NCBI GenBank assembly: GCA_022821805.1
Contig: JAJECX010000040.1
Span: 6,929-70,928, forward strand
From: Anaerolineae bacterium
GTDB lineage: Bacteria > Chloroflexota > Anaerolineae > Aggregatilineales > Phototrophicaceae
Direction of reading: 5' to 3'
Length of the DNA: 64,000 nucleotides
The notes under the pieces were generated by a model. It saw only the letters and a list, made by a program, of their open reading frames with translations, had not been told where the DNA came from and searched no databases. Of this stretch, positions 18,201 to 27,710 are shown piece by piece. The first letter of the stretch is position 1; every line of letters begins with the position of its first letter. A program made the translations under genes and the position numbers.

Positions 18201-19817
18201 ATGTACCACTACGCGGATCAACTGCCCGAAGGCACGATTCTGAGTGGCTTCGATATCTGCATTGTCGGGGCGGGCGCCGCCGGCATCGCCATGGCGCAGC
18301 GCCTGGCAAATTCTTCGCTGAAGGTGATCCTGCTGGTCAGCGGCGGACCGGGCGATCGAGGCGCGCCATCGGAAGCGCGTCAATCGCTTTATCAAGGCAC
18401 GGTCGGCGAGTTCTTGCGCAAGGTCGATCCCGTATTTCCGCAGCGCTCGCGGCTCAATATGTACGGCGGCACCACCAACCATTTCGGCTTTTGGGCGCGT
18501 CCGCTGGATGCCGCCGATTATATGCCGCGTCCGGGCTACCGCGAGGTTGGCTGGCCCATCAAGCAGGACGACCTGACGCCCTACTACATCGCCGCTCACG
18601 AGTTTGGCCAATTCGGCCCCTTCAATTATGACGATATGGATTTCTGGCGATCTGTGCTCTACGCGCGCCCCTTTGACGCGCATCCCGGCGACAAGCTCGA
18701 GGGCGCGATCATGCGCGCGCAATACGACGAGAATCTGCACGATTTTCAGCTGCAATTCCGCGATGAAATGGAGCGCGCCGCGAATATCACCGTCCTCTTC
18801 AATGCGCACTTGCTCACCATCGAGAACGACGAGACCCAAGGTCTGGTCAAGGAGTTGATCTGTTCGACCATCGTTGCGTCGTCTTCCGCTGGCGGCGCCC
18901 CCGGCGCAAGATTCCGGGTGCGAGCGCGGACCTATGCGTTGGCTTGCGGCGGCATCGAGAATGTGCGCTTGCTGCAGCTCTCGGGCGATCTCGGCAATAA
19001 CAGGCGCGATATGCTCGGGCGCGGCTTCATCGTGCATCCCCTGCTGACCAATGCCGCGCGGGTTCACTTCGAGAAGCCGGTTTCGTCCGAAATCCGCAAC
19101 TTCTTCCGCGAACAACAGATACGCCTCAAACCTCCCCCCAATACTTTGGGGGGACCGAGGGAGGTAGGGGATGGCGACGGCGAATACCGGCATATGGTCG
19201 AGCCGCTGGTCAATCCGGAGCTGGTCTTCGAATACCTGATGTTTAACGCCTGGGGCGTGCTGGCGCCAAAGCACAAGACCCTGCTTGACGAGCGCATCGG
19301 CAACTTCCGTATCATCTTGTATTTCCGCGACGAAGGGTCATCGGCGATCGTGAACCTCAATTGGGAACAGACGCCGAACGAAAACAGCCGCATCACGCTG
19401 GATCGGCGGCGGGTTGATCCCATTTTTGGTCAGCCGCTGGCGCATATCGATTGGCGCCTCAGTGATACCGACAAACAGAGCGCCGTTCGCGCCTTGGAGA
19501 TTACGCTGGCTTATCTGCGCGATCATGGCGTCGTCCGGCAGGAGATGATCACCGATGTCAGCGGCGGCGCCGACTGCTGGACTTTCCCGCCGCATGTAGG
19601 CGCGCTGGAGACGGGCGACCATCACATGGGCGCGCTGCGGATGTCGACTGCGCCTGAGGATGGCATCGTCGACATCAATTCGCGTCTTCACCGCGTCGAC
19701 AATCTCTATATTGCCGGCTCAGCAGTGTTCCCGACCGGGGGCTATGCAAACCCGACGCTCACCATCGTTGCGCTGGCGCTGCGTCTGGCCGATCACTTGA
19801 AGCGGGTTCTGGATTGA
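18201..19817 (+). CDS. GMC family oxidoreductase (FAD), second paralog
   Basis: FDICIVGAGAAGIAMAQRLA FAD motif. C-terminal LYIAGSAVFPTGGYANPTLTIVALALRLADH. AGGAG upstream. Confidence 0.85.
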   Translation: MYHYADQLPEGTILSGFDICIVGAGAAGIAMAQRLANSSLKVILLVSGGPGDRGAPSEARQSLYQGTVGEFLRKVDPVFPQRSRLNMYGGTTNHFGFWARPLDAADYMPRPGYREVGWPIKQDDLTPYYIAAHEFGQFGPFNYDDMDFWRSVLYARPFDAHPGDKLEGAIMRAQYDENLHDFQLQFRDEMERAANITVLFNAHLLTIENDETQGLVKELICSTIVASSSAGGAPGARFRVRARTYALACGGIENVRLLQLSGDLGNNRRDMLGRGFIVHPLLTNAARVHFEKPVSSEIRNFFREQQIRLKPPPNTLGGPREVGDGDGEYRHMVEPLVNPELVFEYLMFNAWGVLAPKHKTLLDERIGNFRIILYFRDEGSSAIVNLNWEQTPNENSRITLDRRRVDPIFGQPLAHIDWRLSDTDKQSAVRALEITLAYLRDHGVVRQEMITDVSGGADCWTFPPHVGALETGDHHMGALRMSTAPEDGIVDINSRLHRVDNLYIAGSAVFPTGGYANPTLTIVALALRLADHLKRVLD

Positions 19818-19867
19818 TGGCGTGGCGGGACGAGCTATCATGTCGCCCGCTTTCATAAGGCTTGCGT

Positions 19868-19891
19868 GTAGGGGCGGGCATTGGCTCGCCC
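19868..19891. repeat. GTAGGGGCG...CGCCC hairpin repeat in a convergent intergenic region
   Basis: gtaggggcgggcattggctcgccc; stem gggcgggc / gctcgccc with one mismatch. Confidence 0.5.
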
Positions 19892-19903
19892 ACCCGTGAT
19901 CAG

Positions 19904-20815
19904 CTACTCTTTCCCGAGAACCAGCGCGTCGACATCGGCGCGATAGGGAGCGCTGTCGGCTGCGCCCGGCTTGGTGACGCAGAGCGCCGCCGCCGCATTG
20001 GCAAACCGAACGGCGCGCTCAAGCGCCACGCCTTCCGACAAGCCGACCGCCAGCGCCGCGTTGAACGTGTCGCCGGCGCCGGTGGTATCGACGACATCGA
20101 CAGTGAAGGTCGGCACAAGCGCGGCATCGTCGAGGGTAACGATCTGCGCGCCCTCTGCGCCCAAAGTGACGACCGCCGTCTGATCGTCGCGGGTCAGCAG
20201 CGCCCGAGCCGCCGACACGACATCGTCAGCTCCGCCGCTGAGGGTCTCCAATTCGGTTTCATTGGGCGTCAAGTAATCCGTCAGTTGAATTGTCTCGTGT
20301 GAGATTGGGGCGGCCGGCGCCGGATTCAGAATCGTGGCGACGCCAAATTCCTTGGCCGCTTTTAGAGCGTAGGGCACCATGTCGAGGTTCACTTCCAACT
20401 GAACGACCAGCATGTCGGCAGCGGCAATCACCTCGCGCGCCGCGTCGATATCGCTTTCGCGCAGGCGTTTGTTCGCGCCCAGCACGACGACAATCATGTT
20501 TTCACCGCTGCTATCGACCAGGATTGGGGCGACGCCGGTTGCCACCTCGCTGTCGCGGTTGACGAAGTCGTAGTTGACCGCTTCCGCATCCCAGATTTCG
20601 TAAGCCAGGTTGGCGAATACATCATTGCCCAGCCGCCCGATGAAGCTGACATCGGCGCCGAGGCGCGCCGCCGCCACCGCCTGGTTGGACCCTTTGCCAC
20701 CTGCGCCGGTGGCGAAGCGCTCCCCGTGCACAGTCTCGCCCGGGCGCGGCATCCGCTCCATATACGAAACCAAATCGGCATTGAAGCTGCCTACCACCAC
20801 GATCTTCGCAGTCAT
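19904..20815 (-). CDS. rbsK: ribokinase (PfkB family)
   Basis: The 631-aa track ORF is over-extended. The real start is MTAKIVVVGSFNADLV at 20815, with AGGAAG upstream. GGKGSNQAVAAARLG and TTGAGDTFNAA motifs present. Confidence 0.85.
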   Translation of the reverse strand: MTAKIVVVGSFNADLVSYMERMPRPGETVHGERFATGAGGKGSNQAVAAARLGADVSFIGRLGNDVFANLAYEIWDAEAVNYDFVNRDSEVATGVAPILVDSSGENMIVVVLGANKRLRESDIDAAREVIAAADMLVVQLEVNLDMVPYALKAAKEFGVATILNPAPAAPISHETIQLTDYLTPNETELETLSGGADDVVSAARALLTRDDQTAVVTLGAEGAQIVTLDDAALVPTFTVDVVDTTGAGDTFNAALAVGLSEGVALERAVRFANAAAALCVTKPGAADSAPYRADVDALVLGKE

Positions 20816-20899
20816 ATCCGCTTCCTTTATTGATGCGCGACGATTTACTATACTGTATTCTGTTCGATTTTTGCTCATCCGACTACAGATTGGCGAATA

Positions 20900-21541
20900 A
20901 TGGCAGAACTGCAGCTCGCGCTCGACGGCGACCTGGTGTCCGCGCTGGATCTTTTGTCCGCTGTGCATCCCTACATCGACATCGCCGAGGTGGGGACGCC
21001 GCTCGTATTCCGCGAGGGAATGAATGCCCTGCGGCGGATCCGCGAGGCGCATCCACAGTTGACGTTGGTGGCCGACCTCAAAATTATGGATGCCGGGCGC
21101 GCGGAAGCCGATATCGCCTTTAGCGCTGGCGCCGATGTCGTCACGGTCATGGCTTTGGCCGCGGACGCCACGATAGCAGGCGCCCTTGAGAGCGCGCGGG
21201 CGCAGGAAAAGCGGGTGATGGTCGATATGATGCAAGTCGCTGAACCGCGGGCGCGCGCCCTGGAGTTGCTGGGGCTGGGCTGCGATCTGCTCTGTCTTCA
21301 CACCGCGCACGATCAGCAAGCGGCGTTCGGTTCGCCCTTTGCGCAGTTGGCTGACTTGCGGGAGGCGCTGCCCTCGGCCGGCTTGGCAATCGCCGGGGGC
21401 GTCAAGCTGCCAGCTTTGACGCAGATCCTTCCGCTGAAGCCTGACGTGATCATCGTCGGCTCCGCCATTACGGGGTCCGCCGACCCGGGCGCGAGCGCCA
21501 AGCATTTCTACGAGAGGATACGAGCCTATGGAGACGCCTGA
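20900..21541 (+). CDS. hxlA: 3-hexulose-6-phosphate synthase
   Basis: MAELQLALDGDL...YIDIAEVGTPL...LVADLKIMDAG...IAGGVKL...IIVGSAI lines up along its whole length with my recollection of Bacillus HxlA. Confidence 0.8.
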   Translation: MAELQLALDGDLVSALDLLSAVHPYIDIAEVGTPLVFREGMNALRRIREAHPQLTLVADLKIMDAGRAEADIAFSAGADVVTVMALAADATIAGALESARAQEKRVMVDMMQVAEPRARALELLGLGCDLLCLHTAHDQQAAFGSPFAQLADLREALPSAGLAIAGGVKLPALTQILPLKPDVIIVGSAITGSADPGASAKHFYERIRAYGDA

Positions 21542-22088
21542 ACTGATAGACGCTATCCTTGCCGATCTCGGGCGCGCCTTGCGCCAGGTCGATCCCGCGC
21601 AAGTCGATGAGATCTGCTCGGCGATACTGTCCGCGGATCGTGTTTTCATCGCAGGCAAAGGTCGCAGCGGACTGCAGATGAAAGCGTTCGCCATGCGGCT
21701 GATGCACCTCGGTCTCTCCGCGCATGTCGTCGACGATGTGACGACGCCGGCCATCGCCGCCGGCGATCTGCTGCTGATCGGGTCCGCCTCCGGGCGCACC
21801 GGCTCGCTGCTGCGTTACCTTGACACGGCGCGCGAAACCGGCGCCAGGCTGGCGACATTCAGCGGGGTTGTGGATTCGCCGATCGCGGCGGCAGCGGCCA
21901 CAGTCCTGCACATCCCGGCGACCAATTTCAAGGCGGGCTCGCCGAGCGAGGTTGATTCGGCGCTGGTGATGGGTTCGCTGTTTGAGCATTGTCTGGGTCT
22001 GCTTTGCGACCTGATCATCATTCGTTTGAAAACGGCGCGCGGCGTGGACGAATCAGCGATGAACGCGCGGCACGCCAACCTGGAGTGA
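21528..22088 (+). CDS. hxlB: 6-phospho-3-hexuloisomerase (SIS domain)
   Basis: FIAGKGRSGLQMKAFAMRLMHLG...GSLFEH...HANLE C-terminus matches HxlB as I recall it. Overlaps hxlA by 14 nt. Confidence 0.8.
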   Translation: METPELIDAILADLGRALRQVDPAQVDEICSAILSADRVFIAGKGRSGLQMKAFAMRLMHLGLSAHVVDDVTTPAIAAGDLLLIGSASGRTGSLLRYLDTARETGARLATFSGVVDSPIAAAAATVLHIPATNFKAGSPSEVDSALVMGSLFEHCLGLLCDLIIIRLKTARGVDESAMNARHANLE

Positions 22089-22180
22089 ACCGGAATCGCG
22101 CCGCGCTAATCAGTAGCATTTGCGACGGCGCAAGTTAAACTATGCCCTGTCGACAATCTCCAACTGGAAAGGATGATGAA

Positions 22181-23740
22181 ATGAAGAAGCATCTAAGGAT
22201 CCTTATTGCGCTGACGCTTCTGCTGCTGGCAGTTGCGCCAGCCAGCGCTGATGTGACTTGGACCGGCGCCTTTGTGCTTGGCAGCTGCTGTGAGCCCAAC
22301 TCGCTTGATCCGGCGGCAATGGGCATCTCGCAGACTGAGGGATATGTCATCACTGCGATGTATGAAGGGCTAACCCAATATTCGCGCGAAGGCGAAATCG
22401 CGCCGCGGCTGGCGACCGGCTGGGAGATCTCCGATGACGCGCTGACCTATACGCTGACCCTGCGCGAGGGTGTGCAATTCCACGATGGCTCCACGCTGGA
22501 TGCCGAAGATGTCGTCGTTTCCTTGGAGCGGCACAAGAGCCTTGGCTTGGGCAATCTGGGCTTCATCCTGGCGCCGGTGGCTAGCGTCAGCGCAAGCGAC
22601 GATATGACCGTCGAGATCCAGCTGAGCACAGCCGACTTCCAGTTTTGGGCAGGCTTGCCCCATATCAAGATTCTCAGCGCCGATGCGATCGCCGCCAACG
22701 AATCGGACGGCGATATGGCGGGCGATTTCTTCCGCGAAAACGCGGTCGGGACTGGTCCTTATCAACTTGCGCGCTGGGACCCGGGCCGCCAAACGGAAAT
22801 GTCTGCTTTCCCTGATTATTGGGGCGGCTGGGAAGGACCGCATGTCGAGACCTTTATCGCCCGCTACGGCCTGGATTTCTCCACGCGCTTGCTGCTGATG
22901 GAAGACGGCGAACTGCATCTGATTGACTGGGCCGGCTTGTCCGATATACGGCGCGCCGAGACCTCCGACGCCATCAGCTACAATCTGGGCAATCCGCTGC
23001 AGGGTTTCTACCACTTCATGAAACAGGATGGTCCGCTGGCGGACAAAAAAGTGCGCCAGGCATTGATGCAGGCCTATCCTTATGAGGCGATGATCGAGGT
23101 GATGCAGGGCGTCGCCTTGCCGCTTAGCTCGCCGGCTTTGAGCGGCACAATTGGTCACTGCGATGTCTTCGAGCCGGCCCAGGATATGGACGCGGCGCGC
23201 GCCCTGCTGGCGGAATCGGATTATGCTGATGGCTTCACGGTGCGGCAAGCCTATCGCCATGCCAACGAGCCTCGCCGATTCGCCGCGGTCTTGTTTCAGG
23301 AAGCGCTCGCCGAATTGGGCATTGAAGTCGTCTTGGATGACATTCCTTGGGGCACTTTCATTGACGCCCAGCGCAACTTCGATACCGCCTATGACATGAC
23401 CAGCCACTGGCTCAACATCCCGATTCCCTATTCGGGCGAGATGCTCTTCCGCCTCAACCACTCGTCCTTGATCGATACGGGGACGGGCAATTGGGCTTGG
23501 TATGACAATCCCGATTTCGATGCTCTGCTGGAAGAAGCGCCGACGATGGCGCCTGGCGATCCGCGGATTGAAGAGCTGCTCTGTGAAGCGCAGCAAATCC
23601 TCATTGATGATGCGGTGGTCATTCCGGTCATGCTGTCGCAGTACATTGATCTGACGCATTCGTCGGTGCGCGGTTATCAGTATGATCCTTACGGCTTCCC
23701 GGGCGACTTGCACGTGCATGACATCTGGCTGGAAAACTAG
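22181..23740 (+). CDS. ABC transporter substrate-binding protein, family 5 (Dpp/Opp type), secreted
   Basis: Trimmed to MKKHLRILIALTLLLLAVAPASA (signal peptide), with GGAAAGGA upstream. Family-5 pattern (EGLTQYSREGEIAPRLATGWEIS). Confidence 0.85.
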   Translation: MKKHLRILIALTLLLLAVAPASADVTWTGAFVLGSCCEPNSLDPAAMGISQTEGYVITAMYEGLTQYSREGEIAPRLATGWEISDDALTYTLTLREGVQFHDGSTLDAEDVVVSLERHKSLGLGNLGFILAPVASVSASDDMTVEIQLSTADFQFWAGLPHIKILSADAIAANESDGDMAGDFFRENAVGTGPYQLARWDPGRQTEMSAFPDYWGGWEGPHVETFIARYGLDFSTRLLLMEDGELHLIDWAGLSDIRRAETSDAISYNLGNPLQGFYHFMKQDGPLADKKVRQALMQAYPYEAMIEVMQGVALPLSSPALSGTIGHCDVFEPAQDMDAARALLAESDYADGFTVRQAYRHANEPRRFAAVLFQEALAELGIEVVLDDIPWGTFIDAQRNFDTAYDMTSHWLNIPIPYSGEMLFRLNHSSLIDTGTGNWAWYDNPDFDALLEEAPTMAPGDPRIEELLCEAQQILIDDAVVIPVMLSQYIDLTHSSVRGYQYDPYGFPGDLHVHDIWLEN

Positions 23741-23816
23741 CTCCACGACCGGTGACAAGAACTAATGCGGGGCGCGGCTGCCTGAGGGCGCAACGTCCCG
23801 CTCTCTTTTACTCTCG

Positions 23817-24824
23817 ATGGGCAAGTTGCTGCTAGAGCGCCTTCTGACGCTGGTTCTCAAGCTATTCGGCATGGCGGTGATCCTATTTGTAGTTACGCAG
23901 GTGTTGCCGGCCGATCCGGCGGCGGTTGCTGCTGGCACCGATGCCCGCCCGGAGCAGATCGAGAGGATCCGTCAGGAGTTGGGTTTGGATCGGCCCTTTC
24001 ATGAGCAATTCATCACCTATATTGCGGGCTTGGCGCGCGGTGATCTGGGCCAATCCTTGTTAACGCGGCGAGAAGTGAGCGATGATTTGAAGCTTCGTTT
24101 TCCCGCCACGCTGGAACTGGCGATCCTGTCCGCTGTGGTCATTGTCGTTTTTGGCGTGGGGCTGGGCATCATCGCGGCGATCAATGCTGGCAACGCGCTG
24201 GACTTCTTGATCCGCGCCTTTGTCGTTATCGGCATGGCGGTTCCTCCTTTTGTGCTGGCGCTGTTTTTGCAGCTAATTTTCGCCAAGGGGCTGGATATGT
24301 TTCCGCTGGAAGGGCGCTTGCATACGCGGATGGCGCCGCCGCCATTTGTAACCGGAATGTATACGGTGGACAGCTTGATCGCCGGTCAATGGGAGCTATT
24401 CTGGATGAGCTTGCGGCATTTGGCGCTGCCGGTGGCGGCATTGGCGCTGGGCCGCCTGGCGGTTGGCGCGCGCTTCACCCGAAGCGGAATGCTGGAAACA
24501 CTGTCGCAGCCCTATGTGCGGACGGCGCGGGCCAAAGGCTTGCGGGAAAAACGCGTGGTGCTGCGGCATGCTTTTCGCAATGCGCTGATCCCGGTGGTGA
24601 CGATGCTTGGCATACAGATCGGTTTTCTATTGAGCGGCGCCGTCTTGGTCGAGGTGGTATTCACCTGGCCCGGCTTGGGGCGATACGCGGTGGAATCTGT
24701 GTTGTCTTTCGACTTTTACGCCGTCATTGGCGCCGCGCTGGTGATCGCCGTGATTTTCGTCGTCTCTAATACAATTGTCGACCTGCTCTACATGCAGCTT
24801 GACCCTCGCATCAGCCACAAATAA
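23817..24824 (+). CDS. ABC transporter permease (DppB-like)
   Basis: MGKLLLERLLTLVLKLFGMAVILFVV N-terminus. YVRTARAKGLREKRVVLRHAFRNALIPVVT signature region. Confidence 0.85.
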   Translation: MGKLLLERLLTLVLKLFGMAVILFVVTQVLPADPAAVAAGTDARPEQIERIRQELGLDRPFHEQFITYIAGLARGDLGQSLLTRREVSDDLKLRFPATLELAILSAVVIVVFGVGLGIIAAINAGNALDFLIRAFVVIGMAVPPFVLALFLQLIFAKGLDMFPLEGRLHTRMAPPPFVTGMYTVDSLIAGQWELFWMSLRHLALPVAALALGRLAVGARFTRSGMLETLSQPYVRTARAKGLREKRVVLRHAFRNALIPVVTMLGIQIGFLLSGAVLVEVVFTWPGLGRYAVESVLSFDFYAVIGAALVIAVIFVVSNTIVDLLYMQLDPRISHK

Positions 24825-24849
24825 TTGACCCTAGCGCTCGAGGAGGCGC

Positions 24850-26934
24850 ATGACATTCGAGCTTGGCTTTGACATCGGCGGCACCTTCACCGATTTTGCG
24901 CTGCAGAATACGGAAAGCGGCGAGTTGGCGATATTCAAAGTGCTGACAACGGCTGACCGTCCCGAAGTTGGCGCGCTAGACGGCATGTCAACTTTCCTTG
25001 ACCAATGCGGCTTGCGCCATGTACAGTTGCTCAACATTTTCCACGGCACAACACTGGTGGCGAATACGCTGATTGAACACAAAGGCGCGCTCGTCGGTTT
25101 GCTTACCACCGCCGGATTTCGCGACATCCTGGAGATGCGCACCGAGCAGCGCTTTGCCATATATGATCTGTTCCTGCAATATCCGCCGCCGCTGAGCCCA
25201 CGATATCTGCGCCGTGGCATTCGTGAGCGGATCGACCGCGACGGAAACATCCTCGAATGCGTTTGTGAGGATAGTGTGCGGGCAGCGGTGGAAGACTTCA
25301 AACGTGAAGGCGTCGAAGCGATCGCGGTCGCCTGCCTGCATTCGTATCGCAATCCGGCCAATGAACAGCGCATCGCCGAGATTGTCCGAGCGAGTTGGCC
25401 CGATGTTCCGCTGGCGACATCGAGCGATATCGCGCCCGAGATTCGCGAGTACGAGCGGACCTCGACGACGGTTGCCAACGCCTACACCCTGCCCCTGATG
25501 TCGCGCTATTTGAAGACGATGGATGCTAAGCTGGCGGGGTCTGGCTTTGGCGGCAACTTTTATCTAATGCTCTCATCGGGCAGTTCGGCGCTGGTATCGG
25601 CTGCGCGGAAGCAACCGATACGTCTGGTGGAATCAGGTCCGGCCGCTGGGGCGCTCGCCGCCGCCTATTACGGCGAATTGGCGGGCTGCAAAGACTTGCT
25701 CTCCTTCGATATGGGCGGGACGACGGCAAAAGTGGCGCTCGTTCATGACGGGCGGCCCGCGGTCGCGTCCAATCTGGAGGTCGCCCGCGTCCATCGATTC
25801 ACCAAAGGCAGCGGCTATCCCTTGCAATTCCCCACGGTCGACATTCTTGAAAGCGGCGCCGGCGGCGGAAGCATCGCCTGGGTAGACAATTTGGGCTTGC
25901 TCAAGGTGGGACCGCAGAGCGCCGGCTCCAACCCCGGTCCCGCTTGCTATGGTTTTGGCGGCGATGCGCCAACCGTGACAGATGCCGACTTGGTTTTGGG
26001 TTACCTGAATCCCGATTATTTCCTCGGTGGTTCGATGAAGCTGGATCGGCAGGCGGCGCGGCAGGCGCTGGCGCCGCTGGCGAAGACCTTTGATTGGTCC
26101 ATCGTTGAGACAGCCGATGCTATTCATCAGTTGGTGAACGAAAACATGGCGGCGACCGCCCGCATCCATATCCTGGAAAGCGCGCGCGATCCGCGGAACT
26201 ACGCGATGGTCTGTTTTGGTGGCGCCGGACCGGTTCATGCGGCGGGCGTCGCAAGCATCCTTGGAATTGCCGAGGTGATTGTCGCGCCGGGCGCCGGCGT
26301 CGCCTCTGCCATTGGCTTGCTTATCGCGCCAATCGCCTTCGATTATTCTCATTCCTACCCGACGACCCTTGCCAGCGCCGACTGGCGCGCAGTGGCTGAC
26401 TTGTTCGCCGACATGGAAACTCGTGGCGCGCAAATGATGAACGACGCCGGCATTTCGACTGGGGAGACGGTGATCGAGCGCAGCGTGGATGGACGCTTTC
26501 AGGGCCAACTCCATGAGATTCAGGTGCCGCTGCCTGATGATCTCGGCGTAATGAAGGTGGATGAATTCATCGCCCGCTTTAACGCGCGCTATCGTGACCT
26601 CTATCATTACCTTCCCGATCATACGCCGATTGAGCTGCTAACCTGGCGCGTTCGCGTATCGGGCATGCGCGCGCCGGTCAAGCCCGCGCGGCTGCCACAA
26701 TCCAGCCCGGACCCAGCTTCAGCCCGCAAAGGCGAGCGCCCAGTTTATTTTTCCGAGATTGCCGACTTCGTTCCGACGCCGGTTTATGATCGATATCAGC
26801 TCTGCGCCGGTATGCAGATTCCCGGTCCGGCGATCGTCGAGGAACGCGAGTCGACAATCGTCGTGCGTCCAAAAATGGAAGCGACGGTTGACGATTATGG
26901 CAACGTGCGCCTGGCGCGCGCGCAGGCAGATTAG
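24850..26934 (+). CDS. hydantoinase/oxoprolinase family, A subunit (HyuA-like)
   Basis: ELGFDIGGTFTDFAL and FDMGGTTAKVALV ATPase-fold motifs; 694 aa; GAGGAGG upstream. Confidence 0.85.
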   Translation: MTFELGFDIGGTFTDFALQNTESGELAIFKVLTTADRPEVGALDGMSTFLDQCGLRHVQLLNIFHGTTLVANTLIEHKGALVGLLTTAGFRDILEMRTEQRFAIYDLFLQYPPPLSPRYLRRGIRERIDRDGNILECVCEDSVRAAVEDFKREGVEAIAVACLHSYRNPANEQRIAEIVRASWPDVPLATSSDIAPEIREYERTSTTVANAYTLPLMSRYLKTMDAKLAGSGFGGNFYLMLSSGSSALVSAARKQPIRLVESGPAAGALAAAYYGELAGCKDLLSFDMGGTTAKVALVHDGRPAVASNLEVARVHRFTKGSGYPLQFPTVDILESGAGGGSIAWVDNLGLLKVGPQSAGSNPGPACYGFGGDAPTVTDADLVLGYLNPDYFLGGSMKLDRQAARQALAPLAKTFDWSIVETADAIHQLVNENMAATARIHILESARDPRNYAMVCFGGAGPVHAAGVASILGIAEVIVAPGAGVASAIGLLIAPIAFDYSHSYPTTLASADWRAVADLFADMETRGAQMMNDAGISTGETVIERSVDGRFQGQLHEIQVPLPDDLGVMKVDEFIARFNARYRDLYHYLPDHTPIELLTWRVRVSGMRAPVKPARLPQSSPDPASARKGERPVYFSEIADFVPTPVYDRYQLCAGMQIPGPAIVEERESTIVVRPKMEATVDDYGNVRLARAQAD

Positions 26935-26950
26935 CGGGAAGGCGGTCGCG

Positions 26951-27694
26951 ATGCGCATCGTTTGGATAGACCCAATCGTCGCAGACAAGCCCTATGTTGG
27001 CGCTCTGCAAGCCGCTCTTGACGAAGCGCGGCATCCCGATACCGAGCTCGAAATCATCTCCCTGCCAGAAGGACCCGCCCCGCGCCACCTGCGCTATCAT
27101 GCTTATGAAGCCTTGGTTGTTGGCGAAATTACAACAGCCGTCTACCGCCTGGCGGCGGAAGCCGACGCCTTCATCATCGGCTGCTTTTATGATCTCGCGC
27201 TGCGGGAAGCGCGCGAGGTCTCGGGCAAGGCGATCGTCACCGCGCCTTGCGAATCGTCAATCGCAATTGCGGCGCAATTGGGGAATACTTTCTCGGTGCT
27301 GGTTGGCGCCGACAAGGCGATCCCCAAAATGCGCGAGAATATCCGCGCATACGGTTTGGCGCATCGTCTGATGTCCATGCGCCCGCTGAATATGGGCGTG
27401 CTGGAGTTTCAAGCGCAGGCGGAGCGCACCATGGAAGCGATGCTGCGCCAAGGCAGGAAAGCGGTCGAGGAAGACCGCGCGGAAGTCATCGTGCTAGGCT
27501 GCAGCGCCGAGGTCGGTTTTCATCGGACCTTGCAGGATGAATTGGGCGTTCCTGTAATCGATTCGGCGCTGGCGCCTTTCAAGTACGCCGAGTTTCTGGC
27601 TGAGGCGGCGAATCGCTTTGGTTGGCATCCGAGCCGCCGCTGGGGCAGCGAGCCGCCGCCGGAAGCTGAGATTCGAGAGTGGGGACTGTTCTAA
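26951..27694 (+). CDS. Asp/Glu/hydantoin racemase family protein
   Basis: Trimmed to MRIVWIDPIV... Two candidate catalytic Cys in FIIGCFYD and VIVLGCSAEVGF, the pattern known for hydantoin racemases. Confidence 0.75.
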   Translation: MRIVWIDPIVADKPYVGALQAALDEARHPDTELEIISLPEGPAPRHLRYHAYEALVVGEITTAVYRLAAEADAFIIGCFYDLALREAREVSGKAIVTAPCESSIAIAAQLGNTFSVLVGADKAIPKMRENIRAYGLAHRLMSMRPLNMGVLEFQAQAERTMEAMLRQGRKAVEEDRAEVIVLGCSAEVGFHRTLQDELGVPVIDSALAPFKYAEFLAEAANRFGWHPSRRWGSEPPPEAEIREWGLF

Positions 27695-27710
27695 AGGAAG
27701 GAACGCGCCT

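Noticed and set aside
20816-21799. The 631-aa version of ORF 19904..21799 (N-terminal 328-aa extension of ribokinase).
   Set aside because: The extension is low-complexity and overlaps hxlA on the other strand. A canonical ribokinase N-terminus (MTAKIVVVGSFNADL) with a good RBS starts at 20815.
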